Below, piece after piece: positions 51,701-60,236 of a DNA stretch of 64,000 nt; positions within the stretch are counted from its first letter, which is position 1; every line of letters starts with the position of its first letter. The stretch comes from Hemiscyllium ocellatum (taxonomy: Eukaryota), in NCBI RefSeq assembly GCF_020745735.1, contig NC_083409.1, positions 64,810,048-64,874,047 of the forward strand, written 5' to 3'. Under the pieces are notes generated by a model. The model was not told the DNA's origin, searched no databases, and saw nothing but the letters and a program-made list of their open reading frames with translations. Both the position numbers and the translations under genes were made by a program.

Positions 51701-54700
51701 TTGCCTACAAAATTAAAAGAAAAATACAAACTTCACATAAATGTTTCAAAGCCCTAGACTCTTACACGGATATATGCTTCCAGCAGATTGAATTTATAAT
51801 CACTTCCTACTACAATTCACATATACAGTTTTCTTAAAACAATGGAAACAAAAGCACAGCAGCAATGGTTTAGTTTACCTTGTATTTTAACTAATTCCAG
51901 CTCTTTGACTTGTGAAAATTAAAACCTCTTGCTCTTTGATAGAAAATTGCAGAAATTGATTTGCTCTAGAATTACCATCTTTGAGACAAGTCCAATCTAA
52001 CCCATCACCTTGGCAGGTTTGCTGTAAAATATGGTAATTCTAGAGCAAATCACATGCAATTTTCTTTCAAAAAGCAAGAGTTTTAATTTTCACAAGTCAA
52101 AGAGCTGGGATTAGTTAAATACAAGGTAAACTAAACCATTGCCCTAAGAAACTGTACGCAAGCTTCAGGTGTACAGTACCTGATAGTGTTTAGTTTACAA
52201 AGTGATTCTAAGACTCTTTCAAATATAACTCTAAGACATATTTTTCATTTTCGTTATTTCCATAACGATCCTGAAAGCCATCAGTGAATTCCTTCAACTC
52301 TACTGGCTGTGCTCAGTCAAGAGATCTTTGGGCCTGCAATCATACCCTTATTGTGACAGCAGTGGGGTATTTATTACCTTCCTTCACACCTCAATTTCCT
52401 ATTGGGAAACATTTGAAATCAAGTGTTGAGACTGTCTAAATTGTAGCACGTACCAATGTTGACAGTGTAACATATTGCAGAATCCATAAAAACCTACCGA
52501 CATGGACACAATTCCAAAAAACTCGATGAATAACACCAATATACAACTTACATCCAATATTAACAATAGTAGAATGAGTAGGTTGAGGAGCAGGCATTTA
52601 GCCTTCAATGTTTGTTGACTTTGCCAAAACATTCCCCATCTAGGAGTCACACTGATGGGCTTGCTTCCCTGCTGGGCTGAGAACACTCTGGAATAAGCTA
52701 CATGCTGTAAGAACAGTAAAATAATCTGCTGCACCTTTAATTGGAGTATGTGGGAGAAAGAAGGGGAGAAAGTATGGTTACAGTGGTTGTTGTTGATCTT
52801 ATCATTCCAGGAACGGAGTCATCAGGGTCATTCCCCAATCATACGCATGTTGTGCAGTGGAGTAGAGTGGGTAAGGAAGAACAGGATAGCCAATGATGTC
52901 CACTGGCAGGGAAGGAGTCCTGCGCCACTTTGCCCCAACTGGTACCACAAGAAAACTTAATTTTAATTGAAAGTGTATTTGATTCCCGTACCAGGTTTTC
53001 CAAGGTTAATATGAAGATACAGTGAAAAGTATTGTTTTGTGCACAACCCTAATTATATTAGGGTAATAAAACATAAAACAATGCAGCACAGTACAGGCCC
53101 CTTCGGCACTCGATGTTGCACCAACCTGTGAACTGATCTAAGCTCTTCCTCTTACACTATCCCATCATCATCCATGTGCTTATCCAAGGATTGTTTAAAT
53201 CTCCCTAATGTGACTGAGTTAACTAAATACATTCCCTTACCACTCTGAGTAAAGAAACTGCCTCTGACATCGGTCTTAAATCTATCACCCCTCAACTGTA
53301 GCTAAGGTCCCTTGAACAAACTGATGTCATCATCCAAGAAAACAAACTTTCACTGTCTACCCTATCTAATCCTCTGATCATCTTGTATGTCTCTATCAAA
53401 TCCCCTCTTAGCCGCCTTCTTTCCAATGAGAACAGACCCAAGTCTCTCAGCCTTTCCTCATAAGATCTTCCCTCCAGACCAGGCAACATCATGATAAATC
53501 TCCTCTGCACCTTTTCTAATGCTTCCACATCCTTCCTGTACTGGGGCAACCAGAACTGTACACAATATTCCAAGTGCGGCCTCACTAGCTTTTTGTATAG
53601 TTGCATGACATTAACTCAATCCCTCTACCAATAAAACCTAACACACCGTATGACTTTTTAACAGCACTATCAACCTGGATGGCAACTTTGAGGGACCCAT
53701 GACCGTGGACTCCAAGATCCCTCCGCACATCCACACTACCAGAATTTTTCCATTGACCCAGTATTCTGCCTTTCTGTTATTCTTCCCAAAGTGAATCACC
53801 TCACATTTATCTGCATTGAACTCCATTTGTCACCTTTCAGCCCAATTCTGTAGTTCATCCAAGTCCCCCTGCAACATTCTTCCACACTGTCCGCCACTCT
53901 ACCGACTTTAATGTCATCTGCAAACTTACTAACTCATCCACCTATGCTTGTGTCCAAGTCATTTAGAAAAATGACAACAGCAGTGGTCCCAAAACAGATC
54001 CTTGTGGGACACCACGAGTAACAAGATTCCAGGCTGAATATCTTCCATCAACCACCACTCGCTGCCTTCTTCCAGAAAGCCAGTTTCTAATCCAAACTGC
54101 TAAATCACCCTCAATCCCATGCCTCTGCATTTTCTCCAACAGCCTACCATGTGGAATCTTATCAAAGGTTTTACTCAAGTCCAAGTGCAACACGTCAACT
54201 GCCCTACCCTCATCTACATGCTTGGTCAACTTCTCAAAAAACTCAATGAGGTGTGTGAGGCATGACCTGCCCTTGATGAAACCATGTTGACTATCTGCAA
54301 TCAAATTGTTACCTGCTAAGTGATTATAAGTCCTCTCTCTCAGAATCCTTTCCTACAACAGACATAAGGCTCATTGGTCTACAATTATCTGGGCCATCTC
54401 TTCTTGAACAAAGACACAACATTTGTAATCCTCCAGTCCTCTGGTACTAAACCTGTAGACAATAGCAACTCGCAGATCAAAGCCAAAGGCTCTAACACCT
54501 CCTCCCTAGCTTCCCAGAGAATCCTTGGATAAATCCCATCTGGCCCAGGAGATTTGCCTACGTTCACTCCTTCTGGAATTGCTAACAACCCTTCCTTACT
54601 AATGCTTTTTTGTCTAATATCTCATATCTCATTCTTCTCCTCTGCAATACTCTCCTTTTCCTGGGTGAAAACAGATGAGAAATATTCGTTTAGCACCTCT

Positions 54701-57700
54701 CTGGACTCCAAAGGGTCCACACACAACTTCCCACTGTCATTGACTGGCCCTATTCCTACCCTAGTTGAAAATGTGTTGTTGGTTAAAGCACAGCAGGTTA
54801 GGCAGCATCCAAGGAATAGGAAATTCGATGTTTCGGGCATAAGCCCTTCATCATCCCTATTCCTACCCTAGCCATCCTTTTATTCCTTACATACCTATAG
54901 AAAGCTTTAGGATTCTCCTTTATTTGCTAAAGACTGCTCATGTCCTCTCTTTCCTCTTCTTCACTCTATCTTTAAATCCTTCCGAGCTAATCTGCAACTC
55001 TCCATCGCCTCATCTGAACCATCCCATTTCATCGTCAAATAAGCTTCCTTCTTCCGCTTAACAAGAGATGCGATTTCTGTAGTACACCATGGTTAACTTA
55101 CCTTATCACTTCCTCCCTGCCTGACAGGAACATACCTATCAATGACTCACAATATCTGTTCCTTTAGCTCCACATTTCAATTGTCACCATCCCTGCATTT
55201 TGCTATCACATTCTATGCATCCTTAGTCTTGCCTAATCGCATTATAATTGCCCTTCTCCCATCGATAACTCTTACCCTGTAGCACATACCTATCCCTTTC
55301 CATCGCTAAACTAAACGTAACCAAAATATGGTCACTCTCTCTGAAGTGCTCACCTACCATAAATCAAACACCTGGCCTGGTTCATTACCAAGCATCAGAT
55401 CTAGTGTGGCCTCCCCCCTCTCGTCAGCTCTTCGACATACTGTGTCAGGAAACCCTCCTGCACACATTGGACAAAATGTGACATACTAGAGTTATAGCAT
55501 TTCCAATCAATGTGGGGAAGTTAAAGTCCCCCATAAGGACCACCCTGTTCCTTTCACTCCTACTCAGAATCATTTTGCTAATCCTCTCTTCCACATCCCT
55601 GGAACTTTGTGGAGGCCTATAAAAACTCTCAGCAGCATGACCTCTCCTCTTCTGTTAACAACCTCAGCCCATACCACCTCTATAGACGAGTCCTTGTCAA
55701 AAGTTCTTTCAGCCACCGTTAAAATGTCCTTGACTAACAAAGCCACACCTCCCCCTCTTTCACCACCTTCCCTGTTCTTAATGGAAGATCTAAACCCTGG
55801 AACCTGCAACATCTATTCCTCACCCTGCTCTATCCGTATCTCCGAAACAGCCACAACATCAAAGTCCCAGGTACCTACCCATGCTGCAAGCTCACCTACC
55901 TTATTTTGGATACTTCTGGCGTTGAAGTAGGCACACTTCAAAGAAGCTTGCTGTCTGCTCCTGTGACCATGAAATCCTGTCCATGCCCTCCCTACTCATA
56001 TCCTCCTGTGCATTGGAACAACACCTCAGGATCCCATCCCCCTGTGGAGCTAGTGTAAACCCACCCAAACAGCACCAGCAAATTTCCCACCCAGGATATC
56101 AGTAGCCCTCTGTTCAAGTGAAGACTTTCCTGTTAGTAGAAGTCCCACCTTCCCCAGAATGAGCCCCAATTATCCATGTATCTGAAACTCTGCCTCCTGT
56201 ACCATTCCTGCAGCCATGTGTTCAGCTGATATCTCTCCCCATTCCTTGCCTTGCGATCATGTGGCATGGGTAGCAAACCAGAGATAACAACTCTGTTTGT
56301 TCTAGCTCTCAGTTTCCACCCTAGCTCCCTGAAATCCTGCCTTACATCCCTATCCCTCTTTCTATCTATGTCATTGGTACCTACATGGACCACGACTTGG
56401 GGCTGGTCACCCTCTCCCTTCAGGATGCCAAAGACACAATCCGAGACATCACGGACCCTGGAACCTGGGAGGCAACACACCAACCATGAGTCTCATTCAT
56501 ACAGAATGCAGAACATAGTGTTTTGGCTACTGAAAAGGTGCAGAGAAAGATCACCTCTAACATGAGAAGTTTTCAAAAGTCTGATAACAGCAGGGAAGAA
56601 GCTGTTCTTGAATCTATTGGTATTCATTTTCAAATTTTTGTTTGATGGAAGAAGATGCAAGAGAGTACAACTTGGGGTGGGAAGGATCTTTGATTATGTA
56701 GGCTGATTCCCCATGGTAGCGGAAAATATAGATGGAGTCACGAGAAGGAAGACTGGTTTTCGTGATTGACTGGACTGTGTTCACATCTCTTTGTAATTTT
56801 TTGCAGCCTTGGAACCAGCTGTTACCCAATTTACGTTTCATCCAACCCCAATTCAGATGTGCTGGGGAGTAAAAATTCTCCAATGTACTTAGCTTATACA
56901 TTTAACATTTTTAACTGTATAACTTTTAGGAAATAATAAGTGATATGCAACTAAGTGAGCCCCATATGAAAAATCACAGATGTATTACGAATTGTTGAAA
57001 CAGTATTTTTGAATAAGGATAACATGATGTTGATTTAAAAAAAAGCATATCACAGTTGAGTTTTTTTGTGAAACATAGGTTACATAATGTGTATAAAAAC
57101 ATTTGAATGATGCAATATGGATTAAAATAAGCAACATAGAACAGTCGAAATTTAGAACAAAACTGATTTATCACCTGACTTGAATTGATTCACTTTGAAT
57201 TAATAAATGCCAATGTTTAGATGTATCAATATTTTTCAGCAAAGATGAAGTTAACAAGTTTAAAATAATGGGTTAAAGCCACGTGACAATTCCACAAACA
57301 CCAACTTAAGATGTAAATTATTATTTGACACTCTCAAGCTGGTTACATAAATATGTTCCTGATATTCTGAATCAACGGCATTCACTTAGCTAGTAAGTGA
57401 ACCTCTTAGTATGGCACTAAGTCACACAGACTAATAGTTACAGGTGCTGGCTCAATTCATGCCCAGTCATTTGCTGTCAGCTATGACATCAGTTGGGGTT
57501 GCTACATCTACCAGTACTGGATCCAGGCAAGGACAAAAAGCAATCGATTAGGATTTATACCAATGTTCCCTTTAAAAGTTACTTGTTCTACATAGCACAT
57601 CTTTTCCAATGCTCATATCTTTGAAATTTTGTTGTGGCCATGCATGCACATTATTGTTTAAAGAACAAATCTTGTCTATTACCTTTTAGAATCCTTAGTG

Positions 57701-58188
57701 AACACACATTCATTTTAGATTAAGAGGACATTGGCTCTGGTAATCTAATGATCAATAGTGATTAGGTGGAACATAAAAAAATTGGGGTCATCAAATTAAG
57801 TGTCAACCCATACAGAATACCTAATAAAAGCAAATTACTGCAGATGCTGGAATCTGAAACCAAAAGAGAAAATGAGAAAATGCTGGATAATCTCAGCAAG
57901 TCTGTAAGGAGAGAAAAGAGCTGACATTTTGAGTCTAACTGACCCTTGTCAAAGAGAATACCTGTACATTAAAAGGTGCCTGACAGATACTGTATCCATG
58001 CGATAGTGCCCCAGAAAAACTTGATACAATTAAAATAGGACCTAAAAACAATAGCACAGAAAGGCAAAGTTATCTTTGCCCAAGTTCACCTTTGTCTTGA
58101 AATACTGTCTGGCATAACTTTTCACTTGCAGCACAGTTCGTGATTCAATTAGCTTTGCAATTTTTGTCCATCTTCGACCAAATTGGGC
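6604..58188 (-). CDS. MYSM1: MYSM1 (Myb-like, SWIRM and MPN domains 1; histone H2A deubiquitinase), 5'-partial spliced gene span, 14 coding exons in the window
   Basis: Exons reconstructed by hand with consistent phases: 99+809+131+107+78+89+55+51+75+189+133+106+58+165 = 2145 nt. They encode SANT ([28 protein letters not shown]), SWIRM ([27 protein letters not shown]...[22 protein letters not shown]), MPN/JAMM (EVIGLLGG...[17 protein letters not shown]) and a C-terminal LQKLL. Confidence 0.97.
8304..8450 (+). mobile_element. HE1 SINE 3' half with (AATCT)n tail
   Basis: CCATGCTAAATTGCCC...GGGCCGAAGGGCCTGTTTCCACACTG followed by (AATCT)5. Confidence 0.85.
8600..9850 (+). mobile_element. Old CR1/L2-type LINE remnant hosting nested inserts (8989-9139; CR1 tail ~9575-9780)
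   Basis: LFTDD (FADD-like), [13 protein letters not shown]; homologous to remnants at ~38570-39800 and ~33170-33490. Confidence 0.65.
8989..9139. mobile_element. Penelope-derived mini fold-back (~57-bp arms) plus tail
   Basis: Inverted arms spanning 8987-9106; TSD AATTA(C/T)AAGA(T/C)ACAAG at 8973-8988 and 9140-9155. Confidence 0.85.
9881..10189 (+). mobile_element. HE1/V-SINE (tRNA-derived), near full length
   Basis: GGGCGGCACGGTGGCACAGTGGTTAGC (A box), GGTTCAATTCC (B box), V-domain GGGTTTCCTCCGGGTGCTCCGGTTTCCTCCCACAGTCC, (TAATC)n tail. Confidence 0.92.
11086..11143 (-). CDS. MYSM1: MYSM1 penultimate exon ([19 protein letters not shown])
   Basis: 58 nt; taacag|T AGT ... AAG|gtaagc. Confidence 0.92.
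17480..18800. mobile_element. Degraded CR1 (minus) with a nested older LINE tail (plus, ~17870-18330)
   Basis: ORF 18309..18620 [11 protein letters not shown]...LEKVQRRF; tail ...AGGGAGGGGAAATAAATGTTG...CCATGAATGGATAAAAA. Confidence 0.7.
20375..22560 (+). mobile_element. Older CR1 fragment (APE/RT) interrupted by a younger CR1 3' end (~21338-22140)
   Basis: Host sequence ...GATAAATCTCTGGGAACCGATC resumes as AGTGTATCCAAGGAC at 22141; [10 protein letters not shown] and [11 protein letters not shown] motifs. Confidence 0.85.
22636..22733 (-). mobile_element. Penelope-derived single-arm insert with intact hammerhead-like core
   Basis: Minus strand CTGATGA-A-GGGC-TTAT-GCTC-GAAACGTC at 22703-22730. 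Confidence 0.8.
22955..23245 (+). mobile_element. HE1/V-SINE, diverged
   Basis: GTGGCACAGTGGTTAGC...GGTTCGATTCC...GGGTGCTCCGGTTTCTTCCCAC. Confidence 0.88.
23559..23664 (-). CDS. MYSM1: MYSM1 exon ([36 protein letters not shown]), ends at a GC donor
   Basis: 106 nt; cacacag|GA CTT ... CTC AG|gcaagt; only this boundary keeps frame with the next exon. Confidence 0.9.
25572..26220. mobile_element. Penelope-like element with inverted arms and GIY-YIG C-terminal remnant
   Basis: [28 protein letters not shown]...DLDTIYQP remnant; arms ~25572-25850 and ~25917-26182; approximate TSD ATCTT(A/T)CCTT; nested in an older minus-strand CR1. Confidence 0.87.
27455..27511 (-). mobile_element. Penelope-derived single-arm micro-insert
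   Basis: TGAAAAATGTGTTGCTGGAAAAGTGCAGCAGGTCAGGCAGCATCC...; perfect TSD AATAATATTGGAAT at 27441-27454 and 27512-27525. Confidence 0.82.
29586..29718 (-). CDS. MYSM1: MYSM1 exon ([44 protein letters not shown])
   Basis: 133 nt; tttcag|AAT ... TTC C|gtaagt. Confidence 0.95.
29905..31186 (-). mobile_element. CR1/HER1 LINE 3' portion
   Basis: [24 protein letters not shown]; same subfamily as 45568-46645. Confidence 0.9.
30043..30458. mobile_element. Penelope-derived fold-back insert nested in a CR1 3' end
   Basis: Partial inverted arms; core CTGATGAAGGGCTTTTGCCCGAAATGTC at 30360-30387; approximate TSD CCTTTTATA(T/G)GTT. Confidence 0.8.
32216..32404 (-). CDS. MYSM1: MYSM1 JAMM exon ([63 protein letters not shown])
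   Basis: 189 nt; ttacag|ATC ... CAG|gtataa; intact HxH-x7-S-x2-D zinc motif. Confidence 0.97.
32767..32841 (-). CDS. MYSM1: MYSM1 MPN exon with catalytic Glu ([25 protein letters not shown])
   Basis: 75 nt; gtttag|CAT ... GAG|gtaatt. Confidence 0.95.
34044..34091. repeat. Perfect 24-bp tandem duplication (TAGGCAATATAACTTCCATTCCAA)x2
   Basis: Directly visible. Confidence 0.9.
34165..34215 (-). CDS. MYSM1: MYSM1 exon, start of MPN domain ([17 protein letters not shown])
   Basis: 51 nt; tttcag|GAG ... ATG|gtaaga; preceded by a 104-nt intron. Confidence 0.94.
34320..34374 (-). CDS. MYSM1: MYSM1 exon ([18 protein letters not shown])
   Basis: 55 nt; ccgtag|C TCT ... CCA|gtaaga. Confidence 0.93.
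35103..35302 (-). mobile_element. CR1/HER1 3'UTR fragment
   Basis: AGAGTCATAGCGATGTACAGCATGGAAACAGACCCTT...; near-identical to 45568-45770. Confidence 0.85.
35568..35780 (-). mobile_element. Penelope-derived terminal fragment with a short inverted arm
   Basis: Minus-strand core GCA-CTGAGGA-TGTCACTTAGAAAGGGGAC-GAAACGTT-TGC at 35635-35668; tail ...CCTGAACTACAAATCTTCGCACAAACTTTG resembles the tail at 26190-26218. Confidence 0.75.
36089..36177 (-). CDS. MYSM1: MYSM1 exon ([29 protein letters not shown])
   Basis: 89 nt; ttctag|CAT ... AAG AG|gtacaa. Confidence 0.9.
36630..38285 (+). mobile_element. L1-clade element with ORF1 only (half-L1/HAL1-like)
   Basis: 5' G-run plus CAAGATGGCGG, ORF1 at 36808-37641, ~640-nt non-coding 3' region, AATAAA and A-tail; TSD AAACAAAATC(GGGG) at 36620-36629 and 38286-38295. 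Confidence 0.9.
36808..37641 (+). CDS. LINE-1 ORF1p-like RNA-binding protein (coiled coil + RRM + CTD; Transposase_22-type), 277 aa, uninterrupted
   Basis: Heptad-rich N-terminal half, then [21 protein letters not shown] (IERAHR-like), [23 protein letters not shown] and LRYPATL, typical of fish-type L1 ORF1p. Confidence 0.92.
   Translation: MSKSKGPRSSQKTKTPPPPSSPPAAADVKTGLIEMIARLESTLVNFITESRQRWNAFEEKLQKQNHSIGELQGRVEGAELKATTSEAAAQTAAEQVRALEQRIKAFEIYMDDIDNRNRRKNIRLLGLQEQEGKGQLAAFLERWLPQLLNLGAETDRVRVEWAYRVAARRSGPDQRPRPVLFRLQSYRERQILLDASRKLGKDPKAMIHEGSKIMLFQDFSPALARRRKAFDEVKKCLRDLDIQYTLRYPATLCFTHEGSEYNFRSSEEAKKLLDSVK
38898..39186 (-). mobile_element. HE1/V-SINE
   Basis: Reverse complement of the HE1 layout (TAGATTAGAT...GCCACTGTGCCGCCC). 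Confidence 0.9.
40329..40637 (+). mobile_element. HE1/V-SINE
   Basis: Same head, V-domain and TAATC tail as the 9881 copy. Confidence 0.92.
41368..41445 (-). CDS. MYSM1: MYSM1 exon ([26 protein letters not shown])
   Basis: 78 nt; ttgaag|CGT ... GAG|gtattt. Confidence 0.93.
41686..42325. mobile_element. Penelope-derived fold-back element, ~600-bp palindrome plus ~35-nt tail
   Basis: Arms ~41685-41987 and 41988-42290, centred on TAGACAACATGTTGTCTA; hammerhead-like cores in both arms; TSD TCCTTA(C/A)AAATG at 41674-41685 and 42326-42337. Confidence 0.88.
44097..44203 (-). CDS. MYSM1: MYSM1 exon ([36 protein letters not shown])
   Basis: 107 nt; ttacag|AA CAG ... ATG|gtaagt. Confidence 0.93.
45568..46645 (-). 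mobile_element. CR1/HER1 LINE 3' portion (relatively young)
   Basis: RT C-terminal ORFs 46290-46616, 45832-46395 and 45503-45871 ([18 protein letters not shown]) plus 3'UTR. Confidence 0.92.
47706..47836 (-). CDS. MYSM1: MYSM1 SWIRM exon ([43 protein letters not shown])
   Basis: 131 nt; ctgcag|G GAG ... TGT G|gtgag. Confidence 0.95.
48920..49066 (+). mobile_element. Penelope-derived terminal-repeat insert
   Basis: Degenerate core CTGATGAAGGGCTTTTACCCAAAACATC; perfect TSD ATATGACCCTGGAA at 48906-48919 and 49067-49080. Confidence 0.82.
49302..49433. mobile_element. Penelope-derived mini fold-back (perfect 48-bp arms) plus tail
   Basis: 49300-49347 is the exact reverse complement of 49349-49396; TSD AAAATTATGTAAG at 49289-49301 and 49434-49446. 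Confidence 0.9.
49797..50385 (+). mobile_element. CR1 LINE 3' end
   Basis: [31 protein letters not shown] plus 3'UTR. Confidence 0.88.
50896..51704 (-). CDS. MYSM1: MYSM1 large exon (acidic disordered linker plus start of SWIRM)
   Basis: 809 nt; acceptor ttgtag|GCA AGA AAT, donor CAG TG|gtaag; corresponds to the 264-aa ORF 50892..51686. Confidence 0.95.
51862..52142. repeat. Unclassified fold-back/MITE-like inverted repeat (~115-bp arms, 52-nt spacer)
   Basis: 51862-51978 is nearly the reverse complement of 52031-52142. Confidence 0.88.
53070..56495 (-). mobile_element. CR1-clade LINE (HER1-like), degraded, with ORF1 esterase fragment, APE and RT fragments (copy A)
   Basis: ORF1 SGNH-esterase-like LPGSRVRDV...VHVGTND; [10 protein letters not shown]; KSPGPDGI; [15 protein letters not shown]; [12 protein letters not shown]; [11 protein letters not shown]; many frameshifts. 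Confidence 0.93.
54765..54854 (-). mobile_element. Short Penelope-derived terminal-repeat insert nested in CR1 copy A
   Basis: Minus strand TGATGAAGGGCTTATGCCCGAAACATCG...GATGCTGCCTAACCTGCTGTGCTTT; TSD CCCTATTCCTACCCTAG at 54748-54764 and 54855-54871. Confidence 0.85.
57825..57953 (-). mobile_element. Penelope-derived tail, same family as 62030-62166
   Basis: AATAAAAGCAAATTACTGCAGATGCTGGAATCTGAAACCAA...GAGTCTAACTGACCCTTGTCAAAG is the reverse complement of the 62030-62166 tail; similar older copies near 12250-12365, 40680-40860 and 44740-44920. Confidence 0.75.
58090..58188 (-). CDS. MYSM1: MYSM1 exon, SANT/Myb domain C-terminal part ([33 protein letters not shown])
   Basis: 99 nt, phase 0/0; acceptor tttcag|GCC, donor AAG|gtgaac. 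Confidence 0.95.
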
Positions 58189-60236
58189 CTGAAAGTAAAC
58201 AAAGTTGATTTTATAATTCATGCTTCTTAAACCATTCAAAGAAAATCCAACATAAATTGCAGTAGAGAGCTTAAGCTATGACTACAGTTTCTATTAGAAT
58301 AAATAAGGAAGGATAGGGTGACACAATAGGTTAGCATATTGCATTTTGCTCTGGAATGTCAAATCCAGGCAAGACAGGTGATATAAATGTCATCTCTTTG
58401 TGTCAACTGTGTAATGGTATTATTCCAGCCAGACAAAATAGAGATCCTCAATGCACAGATGCCTACAATTCAATATGAGCACAAACTTGACAACCTAATT
58501 TGCTGTCAGTCATGTCACATTACACAAAGACAGCTATATGAGAAATGGAAGAAACAAAAAAGAACAAAACACAGGTACCACAAGAGAATAGCATACTCCA
58601 GAGGGTGGGGTTAAACCACATTGTAATAACTTGGAAAATGCTTCCGTTGATGCCGCTATGTTGTGCCATTGGCAATCTAAAAGATTTGGACAGTTAGGGA
58701 TTGTAGCCTGAATGAACACAGGCTGCTTCTCACTCAAAACTGAGATGATTTGTATCTTCTAACATAGTTCCAGGCATTTTCTGCTTCCTTTCCCTGATTC
58801 CTGGAAGTTGAATTGATAGTCATATGAGTGTGAATTGACATATAAAAAAACTCTTAAAATTCATATGAAAGCTAAAATATACCTCAACTTTCACACTCTC
58901 ATTTAAGCATAATTCAGATATTTTCTAGATACAGAAAATCATTTTGCATACAAAGGTGCAGAGTTCCTGTGTAATACAAGACTAACTGTCTCAACCAAAG
59001 AGCAATGATTTTAAGGAGGTATCTATATTTATCTTTTATGAGTCATTAAAGAAATTAGTTTTTCATCATTTGACCAAAGCCTCCAAAATTAACAAGAGAA
59101 ATTTGTTATAAAAATGAAATAAAAGTTTGGCATGCTGTTATTAATTCAAAAATGGATACATTACATTAATGAGATAGATTCACCTACATTGTTTTCCTGC
59201 AGTTATCATTAAAAAGCAATTTAAAACCGTGCCAAGCTAGACATGAGACTGAAATAAATAACTGTCTTGACTACTCGATAAATCTGTTAATATTAGCAAT
59301 GACTTCTCCAATACACTTAATGAATAACTTTTATCAAACTACATTTACACATTGAAGTCAGATTTAATAGAATTGCTGGACATCATGCTGCCCTGATTTT
59401 ACCATTGTACACCTACCAGCCCTTCAGGAAAACATCTTTCTGGATCATTTTATTGGTTATTAAAATCATAACTGGGATTGAAGATGAACTATAATTTGGA
59501 GTAAAATCTTATTATGACAAGTGCTTAACAAAATTTTAAACAAAAAATATTTTGAAACCCACACAGTCACAGCATTTTGCCTTTTAATAAAAAATGATTA
59601 AAGTAATAAATGTACTGAAAGATTCAGATCTCCAGTTGATTCATGAACCTAATCCAGAACTGATAAAGTGAATATTACTCAAATATACTGACTACATTGA
59701 TTATCCAATATACTTTGCAGTCCTTGTGTTGTACTTATTAAACTGTAAAAAGAACAGTTAGAAATTTTTGATGATAACACAAAACTGACAATTAAATGTT
59801 TTCTGACATAATGGAGAAATGCACATGATAGTGTTAAAATAGAAGCAGCAGCAATGTCAGTGCCTCAGGCAGTTTCACATGTAATGAGTTTATTTCAGAA
59901 GGTCTACTGAGTGAAAAGGTTTTAATTTTGAAAACTAAATTAAAATTATATGCACATTTCTTTCTTCCATCAGAGGCTACATAAAGCAGATAATTTGAAT
60001 CAAACAATGTTACATTAATGTACTAATATTCTGTGCTGCCACCAGGTCGCCAAGAGCCCACTAATACCAAAAGGTTTCTGCTTAAGCAACAATGTCCATA
60101 AAGGTAATGCTAATTCGGGAAATTTGCAATAGCCAGTGATTTTAATAGATGGCAGGAATGTTATAATTAACATCCTATAGCTTACTTCAAGAACAGCTGC
60201 AGAACAATTTAAAGTCAAAATTTAACATCACTATCA

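Noticed and set aside
59411-59470. Minus-strand ...TTTCCTGAAGGGCTG|GTAGGT resembling the end of the preceding MYSM1 exon (…FEQGL)
   Set aside because: The frame hits TAA within 12 codons, lacks the SANT Trp and has no acceptor; the upstream exons most likely lie beyond 64000.
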